In this document: positions 55,439-62,532 of the stretch, piece by piece
How the letters are laid out: the number at the start of each line of letters is the position of its first letter
Position numbering within the stretch: position 1 is the stretch's first letter
Source of the DNA: a virus
Lineage: Duplodnaviria > Caudoviricetes
Virus record (IMG/VR): IMGVR_UViG_3300048574_000038
Coordinates: 1-62,532 of that record
Reading direction: 5' to 3' (one strand)
Length of the DNA: 62,532 nt
Program-made: the position numbers and the translations under genes
Notes under the pieces: generated by a model
The model's database searches: none
Told to the model about the DNA's origin: nothing
What the model saw: the letters and a program-made list of their open reading frames with translations, nothing else

Positions 55439-56726
55439 AGGCTAACTCCAGCTCCTTGTACGTCGGTTCCCTGTATAAAGCTCGGGATGTGTCGATGATT
55501 GCTTCAAATTGGGCATGATTACCAGTACCCAACTTGTTCTTGCAAAGATGCATATAGCGAATATCAACAGCACCACTAATGGAATCTCCGAAAAGTTTGC
55601 CAATACCAATGATGTAGTCAAACTCACCCGGCTTAAGTGTCTTAGAGCTATCAAGGTCTGTGGGAAGAAGCCACTTCTTGTTCTCCGCAGATTGTGAAGC
55701 TTGGCCAACAGTGAGCACATGCACATCATACTTCTTCGATATTTCACGAAGTTTAGCATAAACCATTTGAAGTCTCGCAACGTCACCTAGTTTAGAGTGA
55801 CCTGTAAAGACAAGCTTATCTGCTTGGTCAACTACAATAATGCGAGCGTTACAGTTCTTTAGTTCTTCTTCAATATCTTCAATAGAGATAATAGCATCGT
55901 CGTAAAGTTTAAAGCGATTGCCACCTTTAGCATAAAATTCTTTCTTACACCTATCTGGAAATTTTGCGAGGGTGTCTTTATCAATATTAAGAAAAGCTTG
56001 ATAAAAACGTTTCATCAACTTCTTACCATCTTCTTCATTATTAAAATGAATGAGGCATTCATCATCTTTGAGTTGCTTTACCCAATAAGATTCTTCCGAG
56101 AACACAAAGGATGTTTTACCTGTATCAACACGAGCGAATATGTGGCCAAGTGTCTTACCAACAATATCTCCAAGATGCTCGTTAAGCGAGGGCAGTCTCC
56201 ACTTAAAGCCGGGACGCTCCTCTTGCTCACGAATGATCTCTTCAATATCCGTAGTCACGAACTTGCTGTCTTTATCAACAAGACGCAGCTTTGCGGCATC
56301 AAATTCGTCAATAGTTTTCTTTACCTCTTCAAGAACTTCCCGCTCGTCATTTTCAATTGCGGAGGAAAGTTTGAAGAGAATTTCGGAACTGTAATACTTT
56401 TCAAGCAAACTATTAAAATTTTCTTTAATTAAAACCGAATCAACTTTAAGAGTTTCAAGTTTTTGAAAAAGTTCGGAATATAGTTCTCTTTTCTTTATTA
56501 ACGGATTCCTTAAAGAATTATAAATAATCAACTCTGAAATTAGTATGTTTTCCTTATCAGGAAATTCTTTATAGTAATCCGTAATAGAATTAAGCACCGT
56601 GGATGTTTCTTGTTCCAGATTAAATTCTTTAATGTACCGAATATACTTATTATAATTCTCCTTGTTAGTTAAGAACTTTAACAGCGCTATTTCCTGCATT
56701 GCCTCATTAACATTGATATCTGACAT
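55383..56726 (-). CDS. DnaB-like (SF4) replicative helicase
   Basis: FARVDTGKT Walker A, FNNEE, IVVDQAD Walker B, GQAS, KNK. Confidence 0.9.
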   Translation of the reverse strand: MSDINVNEAMQEIALLKFLTNKENYNKYIRYIKEFNLEQETSTVLNSITDYYKEFPDKENILISELIIYNSLRNPLIKKRELYSELFQKLETLKVDSVLIKENFNSLLEKYYSSEILFKLSSAIENDEREVLEEVKKTIDEFDAAKLRLVDKDSKFVTTDIEEIIREQEERPGFKWRLPSLNEHLGDIVGKTLGHIFARVDTGKTSFVFSEESYWVKQLKDDECLIHFNNEEDGKKLMKRFYQAFLNIDKDTLAKFPDRCKKEFYAKGGNRFKLYDDAIISIEDIEEELKNCNARIIVVDQADKLVFTGHSKLGDVARLQMVYAKLREISKKYDVHVLTVGQASQSAENKKWLLPTDLDSSKTLKPGEFDYIIGIGKLFGDSISGAVDIRYMHLCKNKLGTGNHAQFEAIIDTSRALYREPTYKELELAYGNIPSDTAPDRLAYMAA

Positions 56727-56737
56727 AAACTAATACC

Positions 56738-56837
56738 TTTAAAGTTTATTAAGCTTAATATATATATATATATATATATTAAAGTTATTTAAAGCTAATA
56801 TTATATATATATATATATATATATTAAAGTATTTAAG
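56738..56837. repeat. Duplicated (TA)10-11 microsatellite unit
   Basis: TTAA(TA)10TTAA palindrome at 56755-56782 and (TA)11TTAAAGT at 56802-56830. Confidence 0.9.
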
Positions 56838-57105
56838 TTAGTTTAATAAACTAAATTTTCTTTGCTTCTTTCTTTTGTTCGAAGCTTTTTAGTTCAAAAA
56901 CCAACGAAAACACAACCTCGCAGCAGACCCTAGTTGGGAATTGCCCAAAGTGCGTTCATAAAAGATAGGGTCAAATGCTCAATAGACAAGGTGGGAAGTT
57001 GAAAGTAACTCCTGCACAATCAACTTCCGCATCTTGTTTGCGTGGGATTCTTCATGGGCTAGGCCACAAGCCCCTTTAGCAGGGTAACAAGTTCCGATAA
57101 TCACC

Positions 57106-57495
57106 TTAGTGCCTTGCTTTAACAAGACAGCCAGTTGCTGAGTCAACAACTCCATCTTTCGTGATAAAGAATGGCTGGCTATAACCAAAGTATGCATGAC
57201 TATCTCGCAGGAGGCCAAAATCCCGTGCAAGTTCCTCGTCAGAAAGTGTACTGAAATGCCGAAGACGGTCACGAATCTCCGGAGGATACTCTTCCTTGTG
57301 CAGCCGCCTGTACCGCGCAAGACTTTCAGAGTCTGGGTACACAATCTGGGTATCTGCAAATCGAAGCCAGAAGCTTAGAACCTTGCCTCGAACTTCTTTC
57401 TTGATATACTCACCGGCGTCTATGAAACTAGGCAACGAACCAAAGACGGTATCGGTAAGGCTCTGCCAAAGCTCTTTCAGCATAGAGTACCTCAT
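57106..57495 (-). CDS. Hypothetical protein
   Basis: 129-aa ORF; GAGG SD before the internal Met at 57483. Confidence 0.6.
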   Translation of the reverse strand: MRYSMLKELWQSLTDTVFGSLPSFIDAGEYIKKEVRGKVLSFWLRFADTQIVYPDSESLARYRRLHKEEYPPEIRDRLRHFSTLSDEELARDFGLLRDSHAYFGYSQPFFITKDGVVDSATGCLVKARH

Positions 57496-57617
57496 AATAG
57501 CGCAGAAATGGCCCTAGAAACGATAAAGTTACTAATCTTGACACATAGTCTAGCTTTCGCAATATCGTTGATTCTAGGGCCATTTACGGCTGATTTTGAG
57601 GGTTTGGGTGTTATCCA

Positions 57618-58832
57618 CTATACTGTGGTACGGCTGGCGCTTTCGAGTGGGTGCAGAATGTACCCGGCTACCAGTATCCGTTCCAGAATTAAATCAAAAG
57701 TCTCCGGAACTTGGTGATGCAAGCTCTGCCGTTCTGGTACACAAGTACCGCGTTGTAAAAGGCAGAAATCACCGATTTCAGCTTCTGGAAAAGCTGCGTG
57801 AGAATCACAGGGATTTTCGGAGGACGCCAAACCGGAATGGCCGTTCCGCAATTTTTGCGTGGGCCATTGGTCAGTACCATCGGGCCAACTCGCGCCATGG
57901 GAGGAAGGTACTTCTCGTACTTCCTCGAAAAGAGGTCGGAGATCATTGCCTTTATCGTCATTGAAAAGTTGGGGAAACGCATGGCGCAACTCCTTGCATA
58001 TCGTTGATGGTTTATAACACTTTGGGTCTTTTACCGTCGATACGGTCTTGGCAGTAATGCCAAACACATTAAGTCGCTTCGTGAAGACTAACGCATCACA
58101 CCGTTTATCTCGGTCAAGCCACACGCAGACTTGCCTATCCTCCGAGAGCAGCTTGACAATCAAGTTGTCGCTGATGAAACTCCCAAGGAGTGCAATGGCC
58201 CGAGCTTTGCCTGTTCGGGAAATAGCTATAGCAGACAGAATGTCTTCAACCAAGACGGTTATAGGAAAGTCACCACCCGTATCAAACCAAATATTGCCGC
58301 GAGAGCTTTTTGTGTTGATATACTTCGATTGCCTTTTATCAAGGCCGAAATACCTACCCTGCCAGTACACGAGTCTACCATTCTCGTCCCTTACGGGTAG
58401 GACTAGGCGGTTATATTTTGGACTCCAGCAAAATCCGTACTTTTGTATCTCCTGTTGAGTAATTCCGTACAGTCGCAACCACACTAAGGCGCTCGTTGGC
58501 AGCTCATCTGTGATATCCATTGGAAGATACACAGAATACTTAGTAATTGTTTGCGTGTTTGCCGATGGTACGCGCTTACGAGGATTCTGGATCATTCGTG
58601 CTTTTAGCTCACCAGATACTCGCAAACATTCTTTCCTTGGAGGTATGGCCCCACCAATACCATAAGACTTGTGACACCCATGACACCAGCAAATAAAGCC
58701 GGTATTTGTTCGGGTAACTACAAAGCCAAGGCGCTTAACCGTCCCACAGAATGGGCACTTACCGTACCTTTTGGTACCGCCTATGGTCTGGTTGTAATCA
58801 AGATACGTTCGCATCAAGTCTCGGTCAAACAT
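57618..58832 (-). CDS. DNA primase (Zn-binding plus Toprim)
   Basis: CPFC...CHGC, RLVLP, YWQGR, KY, LVEDILSA, ALLG, WLD.D, KDPK. Confidence 0.88.
   Translation of the reverse strand: MFDRDLMRTYLDYNQTIGGTKRYGKCPFCGTVKRLGFVVTRTNTGFICWCHGCHKSYGIGGAIPPRKECLRVSGELKARMIQNPRKRVPSANTQTITKYSVYLPMDITDELPTSALVWLRLYGITQQEIQKYGFCWSPKYNRLVLPVRDENGRLVYWQGRYFGLDKRQSKYINTKSSRGNIWFDTGGDFPITVLVEDILSAIAISRTGKARAIALLGSFISDNLIVKLLSEDRQVCVWLDRDKRCDALVFTKRLNVFGITAKTVSTVKDPKCYKPSTICKELRHAFPQLFNDDKGNDLRPLFEEVREVPSSHGASWPDGTDQWPTQKLRNGHSGLASSENPCDSHAAFPEAEIGDFCLLQRGTCVPERQSLHHQVPETFDLILERILVAGYILHPLESASRTTV
57689..57982 (-). CDS. Small basic protein nested in the primase 3' extension
   Basis: AAGGAG SD 7 nt upstream of ATG; starts right after the KDPK end of the Toprim domain. 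Confidence 0.5.
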   Translation of the reverse strand: MRFPNFSMTIKAMISDLFSRKYEKYLPPMARVGPMVLTNGPRKNCGTAIPVWRPPKIPVILTQLFQKLKSVISAFYNAVLVYQNGRACITKFRRLLI

Positions 58833-58890
58833 ACTGGTAGTTCCTTAAAAGTATTCAGTACTTCAAATAAGCACTCTCCTTATAAGTATG

Positions 58891-59256
58891 TTACATGCAG
58901 GCAAAGTCAATCTGGATCAGCGGACTTCCGCTATAGTTACCCGTACACCGGCTCCAGAAGGATTTCAGGCATCGGCTGAACGCCGCGAGAGGCTGTATGC
59001 CACTGGCCTCGAAACAATCTTCGTAGCCAACTTTCACGACGTTTTGCAAGGGCAAACTTGGGTAACGTCGCTTCGCATAAGCGGCCAGCCCACCGAGAAA
59101 AAAATGCTTTCCCTCGGTTTTCGCCATCTGTTTCAACTCCGTCTTAGTGATGGAGGCGAGATCATCTTGGCGAGCTTTGATCTCACGTTTAAGAATGCGT
59201 ACAGAATCATCAAAGAATCTGCACAACCAGTCCCACAGTTTTCGTAGGATGTTCAT
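58891..59256 (-). CDS. Hypothetical protein
   Basis: AGGAGG SD; amphipathic N-terminus. Confidence 0.7.
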   Translation of the reverse strand: MNILRKLWDWLCRFFDDSVRILKREIKARQDDLASITKTELKQMAKTEGKHFFLGGLAAYAKRRYPSLPLQNVVKVGYEDCFEASGIQPLAAFSRCLKSFWSRCTGNYSGSPLIQIDFACM

Positions 59257-59270
59257 AGTTACCTCCTACC

Positions 59271-60395
59271 TTAAAAGCCCTTGGAAACACACCGTTTGCA
59301 CACAACCCGCGTTGTGTTAGTGTTCGCCTCGTATCTGGTAGTGAAGTCAATCACCACCTTCCGGCACTCGTCGCACGTCATTAGTTCAACGGCCTTCATA
59401 AGAGGCCACGAACCGGCAAGGCTTTTGCCGTCGTCGCTTATCTTTTGTACGAATTGTGTGCCGAGATTTTCCACGATTCTGTAATAATGCTTATTCTTAT
59501 ACCAGACAGTTCTGCCACAGGCATCACAGTGGTATTCGTGATATTCTTTGGACGTGAGCTTTCCGCCGCAGTCGGGGCAAACAGGTTCCTTCTTCCACAA
59601 GGCCAACGTATTTGCGGTACTGGTGTTCATGCGCTCAACCTTGAGTTCAACAGCAAGTCTGTACCAGTTCGTAATGTTTATGCCACCCTTACGGTTACGC
59701 ATTTTGCGTATGCAAGTCGGGCAGAGATTGCCTTGTATTGCATGGAAGTATTGCAGGTCATTGCCTGTCTTGTGGCAACATACGCAACGCTTGTCCGTAT
59801 TGGGGCGTGTGAAGTTGCCGGGGAAGTCCATGCCTTTTTGGTAATTGTAATCAGGATACTCTTCCGCAAGGCAAGCCAAGAACTCCTTGATGTCCATGTA
59901 GTCCTGTTCAGCACCAACAAAGTGTGTACTCACCACAGGCTTGTTGAACATCTGACCAAGAGTTTCTGCGAAGCCGTTGCCCACGTTGGTATACTTGCCA
60001 AGGAACTTGATGTGGGCAAGCCTTTCTTCAAGTTGAAAAGGAAGGTTATTCCAATACGTAGCAAAGCCTTGCAAGAAGCCGAAACGTTCGTTGTTCATGG
60101 ACAGGATGCCATTGAACAGAGGAACAATCTCGTTAACTTCCAAATACGAGGCTACTGAAGCAGCGATGCTCGCTTGGTTGCCGTCTGTGATAAGGACAAT
60201 AGGTGGGGTGCCACACTCAAGCAAATACTTGACGATGTTGTGCGTGGCTTGGGAAATGTTTTTGTAGTCACAGTGCAGAAGCACTGGGTAGTATTCCGTA
60301 CCAACAGGCGGAACAATAACCATGTACTTGGAGGTTTGTTCAACCTCGCCAAAGGGCCGCAAAGACAGCGCGAGTTTATTCATAACGAGGCTCAT
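59271..60395 (-). CDS. Degenerate M20/M28 peptidase-like protein with C-terminal Zn fingers
   Basis: GGAGG SD; PVLLHCD, PIVLITDG; CVCC/CPTC, CPDC/CDAC, CDEC/CKRC. Confidence 0.6.
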   Translation of the reverse strand: MSLVMNKLALSLRPFGEVEQTSKYMVIVPPVGTEYYPVLLHCDYKNISQATHNIVKYLLECGTPPIVLITDGNQASIAASVASYLEVNEIVPLFNGILSMNNERFGFLQGFATYWNNLPFQLEERLAHIKFLGKYTNVGNGFAETLGQMFNKPVVSTHFVGAEQDYMDIKEFLACLAEEYPDYNYQKGMDFPGNFTRPNTDKRCVCCHKTGNDLQYFHAIQGNLCPTCIRKMRNRKGGINITNWYRLAVELKVERMNTSTANTLALWKKEPVCPDCGGKLTSKEYHEYHCDACGRTVWYKNKHYYRIVENLGTQFVQKISDDGKSLAGSWPLMKAVELMTCDECRKVVIDFTTRYEANTNTTRVVCKRCVSKGF

Positions 60396-60477
60396 ACTTA
60401 CCTCCCGTAAACATTGTTATATGTTAAGGAACCTATAAGGCAGGATACACTATCCTAACTTATTGAATTACTTAACA

Positions 60478-60509
60478 AAAGGCGGGAAGCTTTTACACTC
60501 CCCGCCTTT
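60478..60509 (-). terminator. Intrinsic terminator
   Basis: - strand AAAGGCGGGG...CCCGCCTTTTGTT. Confidence 0.7.
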
Positions 60510-60515
60510 ATTCAC

Positions 60516-60944
60516 TTACTTGGTTTCTGCCGGAGCCGCGCTGATGGCATTCAGCATATTGGTGACAGCTTCCTTGGACTTGCCGTCAGGATCACCCATT
60601 GCAGCAAGGGCCGGACTGACGGTCTTCACGACGTGGCGAAGTTCCGACAGCTTGAACTGTCCGCCTTCTGTAGCCTTGAGGAAAGCGCCCTTGAGAGCGT
60701 TGGTGTCGGAAACGTCGATGGTGTTGACCTTGGCGGCTTCGTCACTGATACCGAAGCCGAAGCGGCGCAGGAAGGGCATGCCCCAACGGAGGGCAAGCGC
60801 AGCAATGACCGTGACGCCAGCAATACCAGCCACATTGGCCAGCTTGTTGTCATTCATATCCGCCGGGTCAATGCCCACAGACATGGTAAGACCATTGGCA
60901 GCCTTCTGTTGACCGCCACCCTTGTTGTTATTGTTATCAGCCAT
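60516..60944 (-). CDS. Hypothetical membrane-anchored protein
   Basis: GAGGAG SD; TM segment; strong codon bias. Confidence 0.75.
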   Translation of the reverse strand: MADNNNNKGGGQQKAANGLTMSVGIDPADMNDNKLANVAGIAGVTVIAALALRWGMPFLRRFGFGISDEAAKVNTIDVSDTNALKGAFLKATEGGQFKLSELRHVVKTVSPALAAMGDPDGKSKEAVTNMLNAISAAPAETK

Positions 60945-60983
60945 GATGTAATTCTCCTCGCATGTTTGATGTGTTGATGAAAG

Positions 60984-61010
60984 AAAGGGGCGTATTGTTA
61001 GTACGCCCCT
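60984..61010 (-). terminator. Intrinsic terminator
   Basis: - strand AGGGGCGTA...TACGCCCCT-TTCTTT. Confidence 0.7.
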
Positions 61011-61022
61011 AGGTTTGTGCAG

Positions 61023-61268
61023 TTACGCCTTGGGTTCAGCCTTGCGGAAGAACTTGCGGTACAGGCCGTAGACAACGAGGCCCACAATGGCCGACACGGG
61101 GGTGTAGCCCGCGGCGGTCTTCACGCCGGAGGGCATTTTGTCCATAACGGAGGCCGGGGTCACGTCGGAAACGGTGGTCTTGAGAGCCTTGAAGCCCTTG
61201 TCGGCCAGATTCTTCAGAGTGGTGGTGCCTTCAGCGGTAACGACGGGAGTGGTGGGATTCTCGGACAT
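61023..61268 (-). CDS. Small C-terminally anchored membrane protein
   Basis: AAGGA SD before MSENPTT; C-terminal TM plus basic tail. Confidence 0.65.
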   Translation of the reverse strand: MSENPTTPVVTAEGTTTLKNLADKGFKALKTTVSDVTPASVMDKMPSGVKTAAGYTPVSAIVGLVVYGLYRKFFRKAEPKA

Positions 61269-61392
61269 GGTGTTTTCCTTATTGTCGTTGAGGTTAGGTT
61301 GTTCTGTTTCTGTTACCAAATTACTATCCAAAGAGCCTGCGGCTAAAGCCGGGCCACCCTTGGTGAAACGTCCAGCTTTGTCGCGAGCAGGC

Positions 61393-61680
61393 TTAGCTTC
61401 CCGCTTTGGGTGTTGCTTTTTCGGCATCTGCCTTCCTGTTCTTGAGTTCAAGCATTTTGGCAGACGCCGCAGTTGATGCCGCGTTGTGTATAGCGTCAGA
61501 CTCTTCCTGTGTGGAAGCTGATGTCTCAATGTGGCAATACATTTTGCCGTCTGTAGCATTTACCGCTTTGTCGCGGTGTTTTTTGGCCTTCTCGGCAAAA
61601 ACTACAACACCAAGACCGTATAAACCTGCTAGCGCAGCATACCCAACGCTTTTCAGCACGTTCTTCCAGTAAGGACTCAT
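61393..61680 (-). CDS. Small membrane protein
   Basis: GAGG SD; N-terminal TM. Confidence 0.6.
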   Translation of the reverse strand: MSPYWKNVLKSVGYAALAGLYGLGVVVFAEKAKKHRDKAVNATDGKMYCHIETSASTQEESDAIHNAASTAASAKMLELKNRKADAEKATPKAGS

Positions 61681-61682
61681 GG

Positions 61683-61913
61683 TTAACCTCGCACGAGGAT
61701 TTGTACGCGGACACTAGCGGAGTCAAGTTTCCGAACTTGCGATTCTGGAACAATGACATTCACACCGTCTTCGCGAAGGATGTAGTTAAAGCTCATGCCA
61801 TTCATGCGGCAAGAGCTTATGTATATCCCTTTTACAGTGCGACCATGCTCGTCTGTGTATTCACAAGGACGAGTAGGCCACGTTTCCACAGACACCAGAG
61901 TTTTCACATCCAT
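61683..61913 (-). CDS. Small beta-barrel-like protein
   Basis: AAGGA SD before MDVKTLV. Confidence 0.6.
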   Translation of the reverse strand: MDVKTLVSVETWPTRPCEYTDEHGRTVKGIYISSCRMNGMSFNYILREDGVNVIVPESQVRKLDSASVRVQILVRG

Positions 61914-61980
61914 AATTTTTCCTTTGTTAAGGTTTAAGAAAGACAAGAAAAGTATTGCCCGGAGCAGCACAGTTAATACA

Positions 61981-62260
61981 GGTGATATTGAGCAGTACTA
62001 CTTAGTTACTGACCCTCTCCGCAGACAAGGATTTCACAGTTTTTCCTGAACTCGTATTGCCTCCGTCGTCGCTTCGCTCATGTGAACGTAGTGAGCACTA
62101 GAAGCGTAGAAGCAGATCACCATAACTGGAGCTAATCGAGATGTTTTATCGACCGTTAAGTCCTCGTATGTGCGAACTCTGGCCAGAGCGCGTCTTATTT
62201 AACGGGTGTCAACCTACTATTAGGAGCTACCTAACTTCGGCGGAAGACGTTATCTCTGCG
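61981..62260. ncRNA. Candidate structured RNA H (about 280 nt)
   Basis: GGTGAT/ATCACC, CGCTTC-GCTCA/TGAGC-GAAGCG, CCGTTAA/TTAACGG crossed by CGTCTT/AAGACG, long-range CGCAGA/TCTGCG. Confidence 0.55.
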
Positions 62261-62262
62261 CA

Positions 62263-62532
62263 TCAACGGGCAAATTTTGAACGAATCCAGAAATATTGTC
62301 GGGCAAGTTTGTGAATGCACTGCCAGAAGAGGCGTTGATGCTTGTTTTTAGCACCCACGATCTTGCCATCGATACCAGCGAAGACAAAAATCTCATGCCA
62401 GTATCTTGTTTTTATATGAAAAATCAGGAGAAAAGTGAGGTTGAGGAGAAAGAGAACACCCAACACAGGGAACACAAAAGACACCGTTTGGAAAAACTCG
62501 CCGAGTAACTCGGACATAATCCAAAGCGTCAG
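62263..62532 (-). CDS. Membrane protein spanning the circular junction (true start at position 43)
   Basis: Frame continues through the 16-nt overlap to ATG at 41-43 with GGAG SD: MNNVHDTLALTLWIMSELLG... Confidence 0.75.
   Translation of the reverse strand: MTLWIMSELLGEFFQTVSFVFPVLGVLFLLNLTFLLIFHIKTRYWHEIFVFAGIDGKIVGAKNKHQRLFWQCIHKLARQYFWIRSKFAR
62517..62532. repeat. Terminal direct repeat (copy 2)
   Basis: Identical to 1-16. Confidence 0.95.

Noticed and set aside
56979-57359. 126-aa - strand ORF
   Set aside because: Overlaps the better-supported 57106..57495 frame and lacks an SD
1-62532. Genome-wide stop codon reassignment (TGA=Trp)
   Set aside because: Core genes are intact in code 11, Trp uses TGG and TGA ends several overlapping genes; only the GGQ gene is suggestive

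Overview
This window appears to be a complete, circularly permuted genome (about 62.5 kb) of a lytic, podovirus-like dsDNA phage. The last 16 nt repeat the first 16 nt, and an ORF reads cleanly across that join. The + strand (12.4-39.9 kb) carries morphogenesis genes: terminase, portal, scaffold, N4-gp56-type major capsid, adaptors, four fibre proteins sharing one N-terminal module, a tail tubular protein, ejection proteins including a 2086-aa polyvalent protein, and a holin. The - strand carries everything else: early genes behind three tandem sigma70 promoters, primase, DnaB-like helicase, family A DNA polymerase, SSB, ATP-dependent ligase, ThyX, a Cas4-like nuclease, endonuclease I, a GH108 endolysin, a mini GGQ release-factor domain and three tRNAs (Leu-UAA, Thr-UGU, Gln-UUG). 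I recognise no integrase, repressor, RNA polymerase or ParA/ParB. The most striking unexplained signal is non-coding. Seven to eight intergenic blocks of about 180-720 nt consist almost entirely of helices, multi-way junctions, pseudoknots and GNRA loops, with G-U polarity mostly favouring the - strand, which suggests a suite of large structured RNAs. One block lies between two tRNAs and carries a 16-nt (single-bulge) complement to the 16S rRNA 3' end plus SD and anti-SD loops. The early region also has two host-type parS sites. All protein calls come from motif recognition by eye; no searches or folding programs were run.
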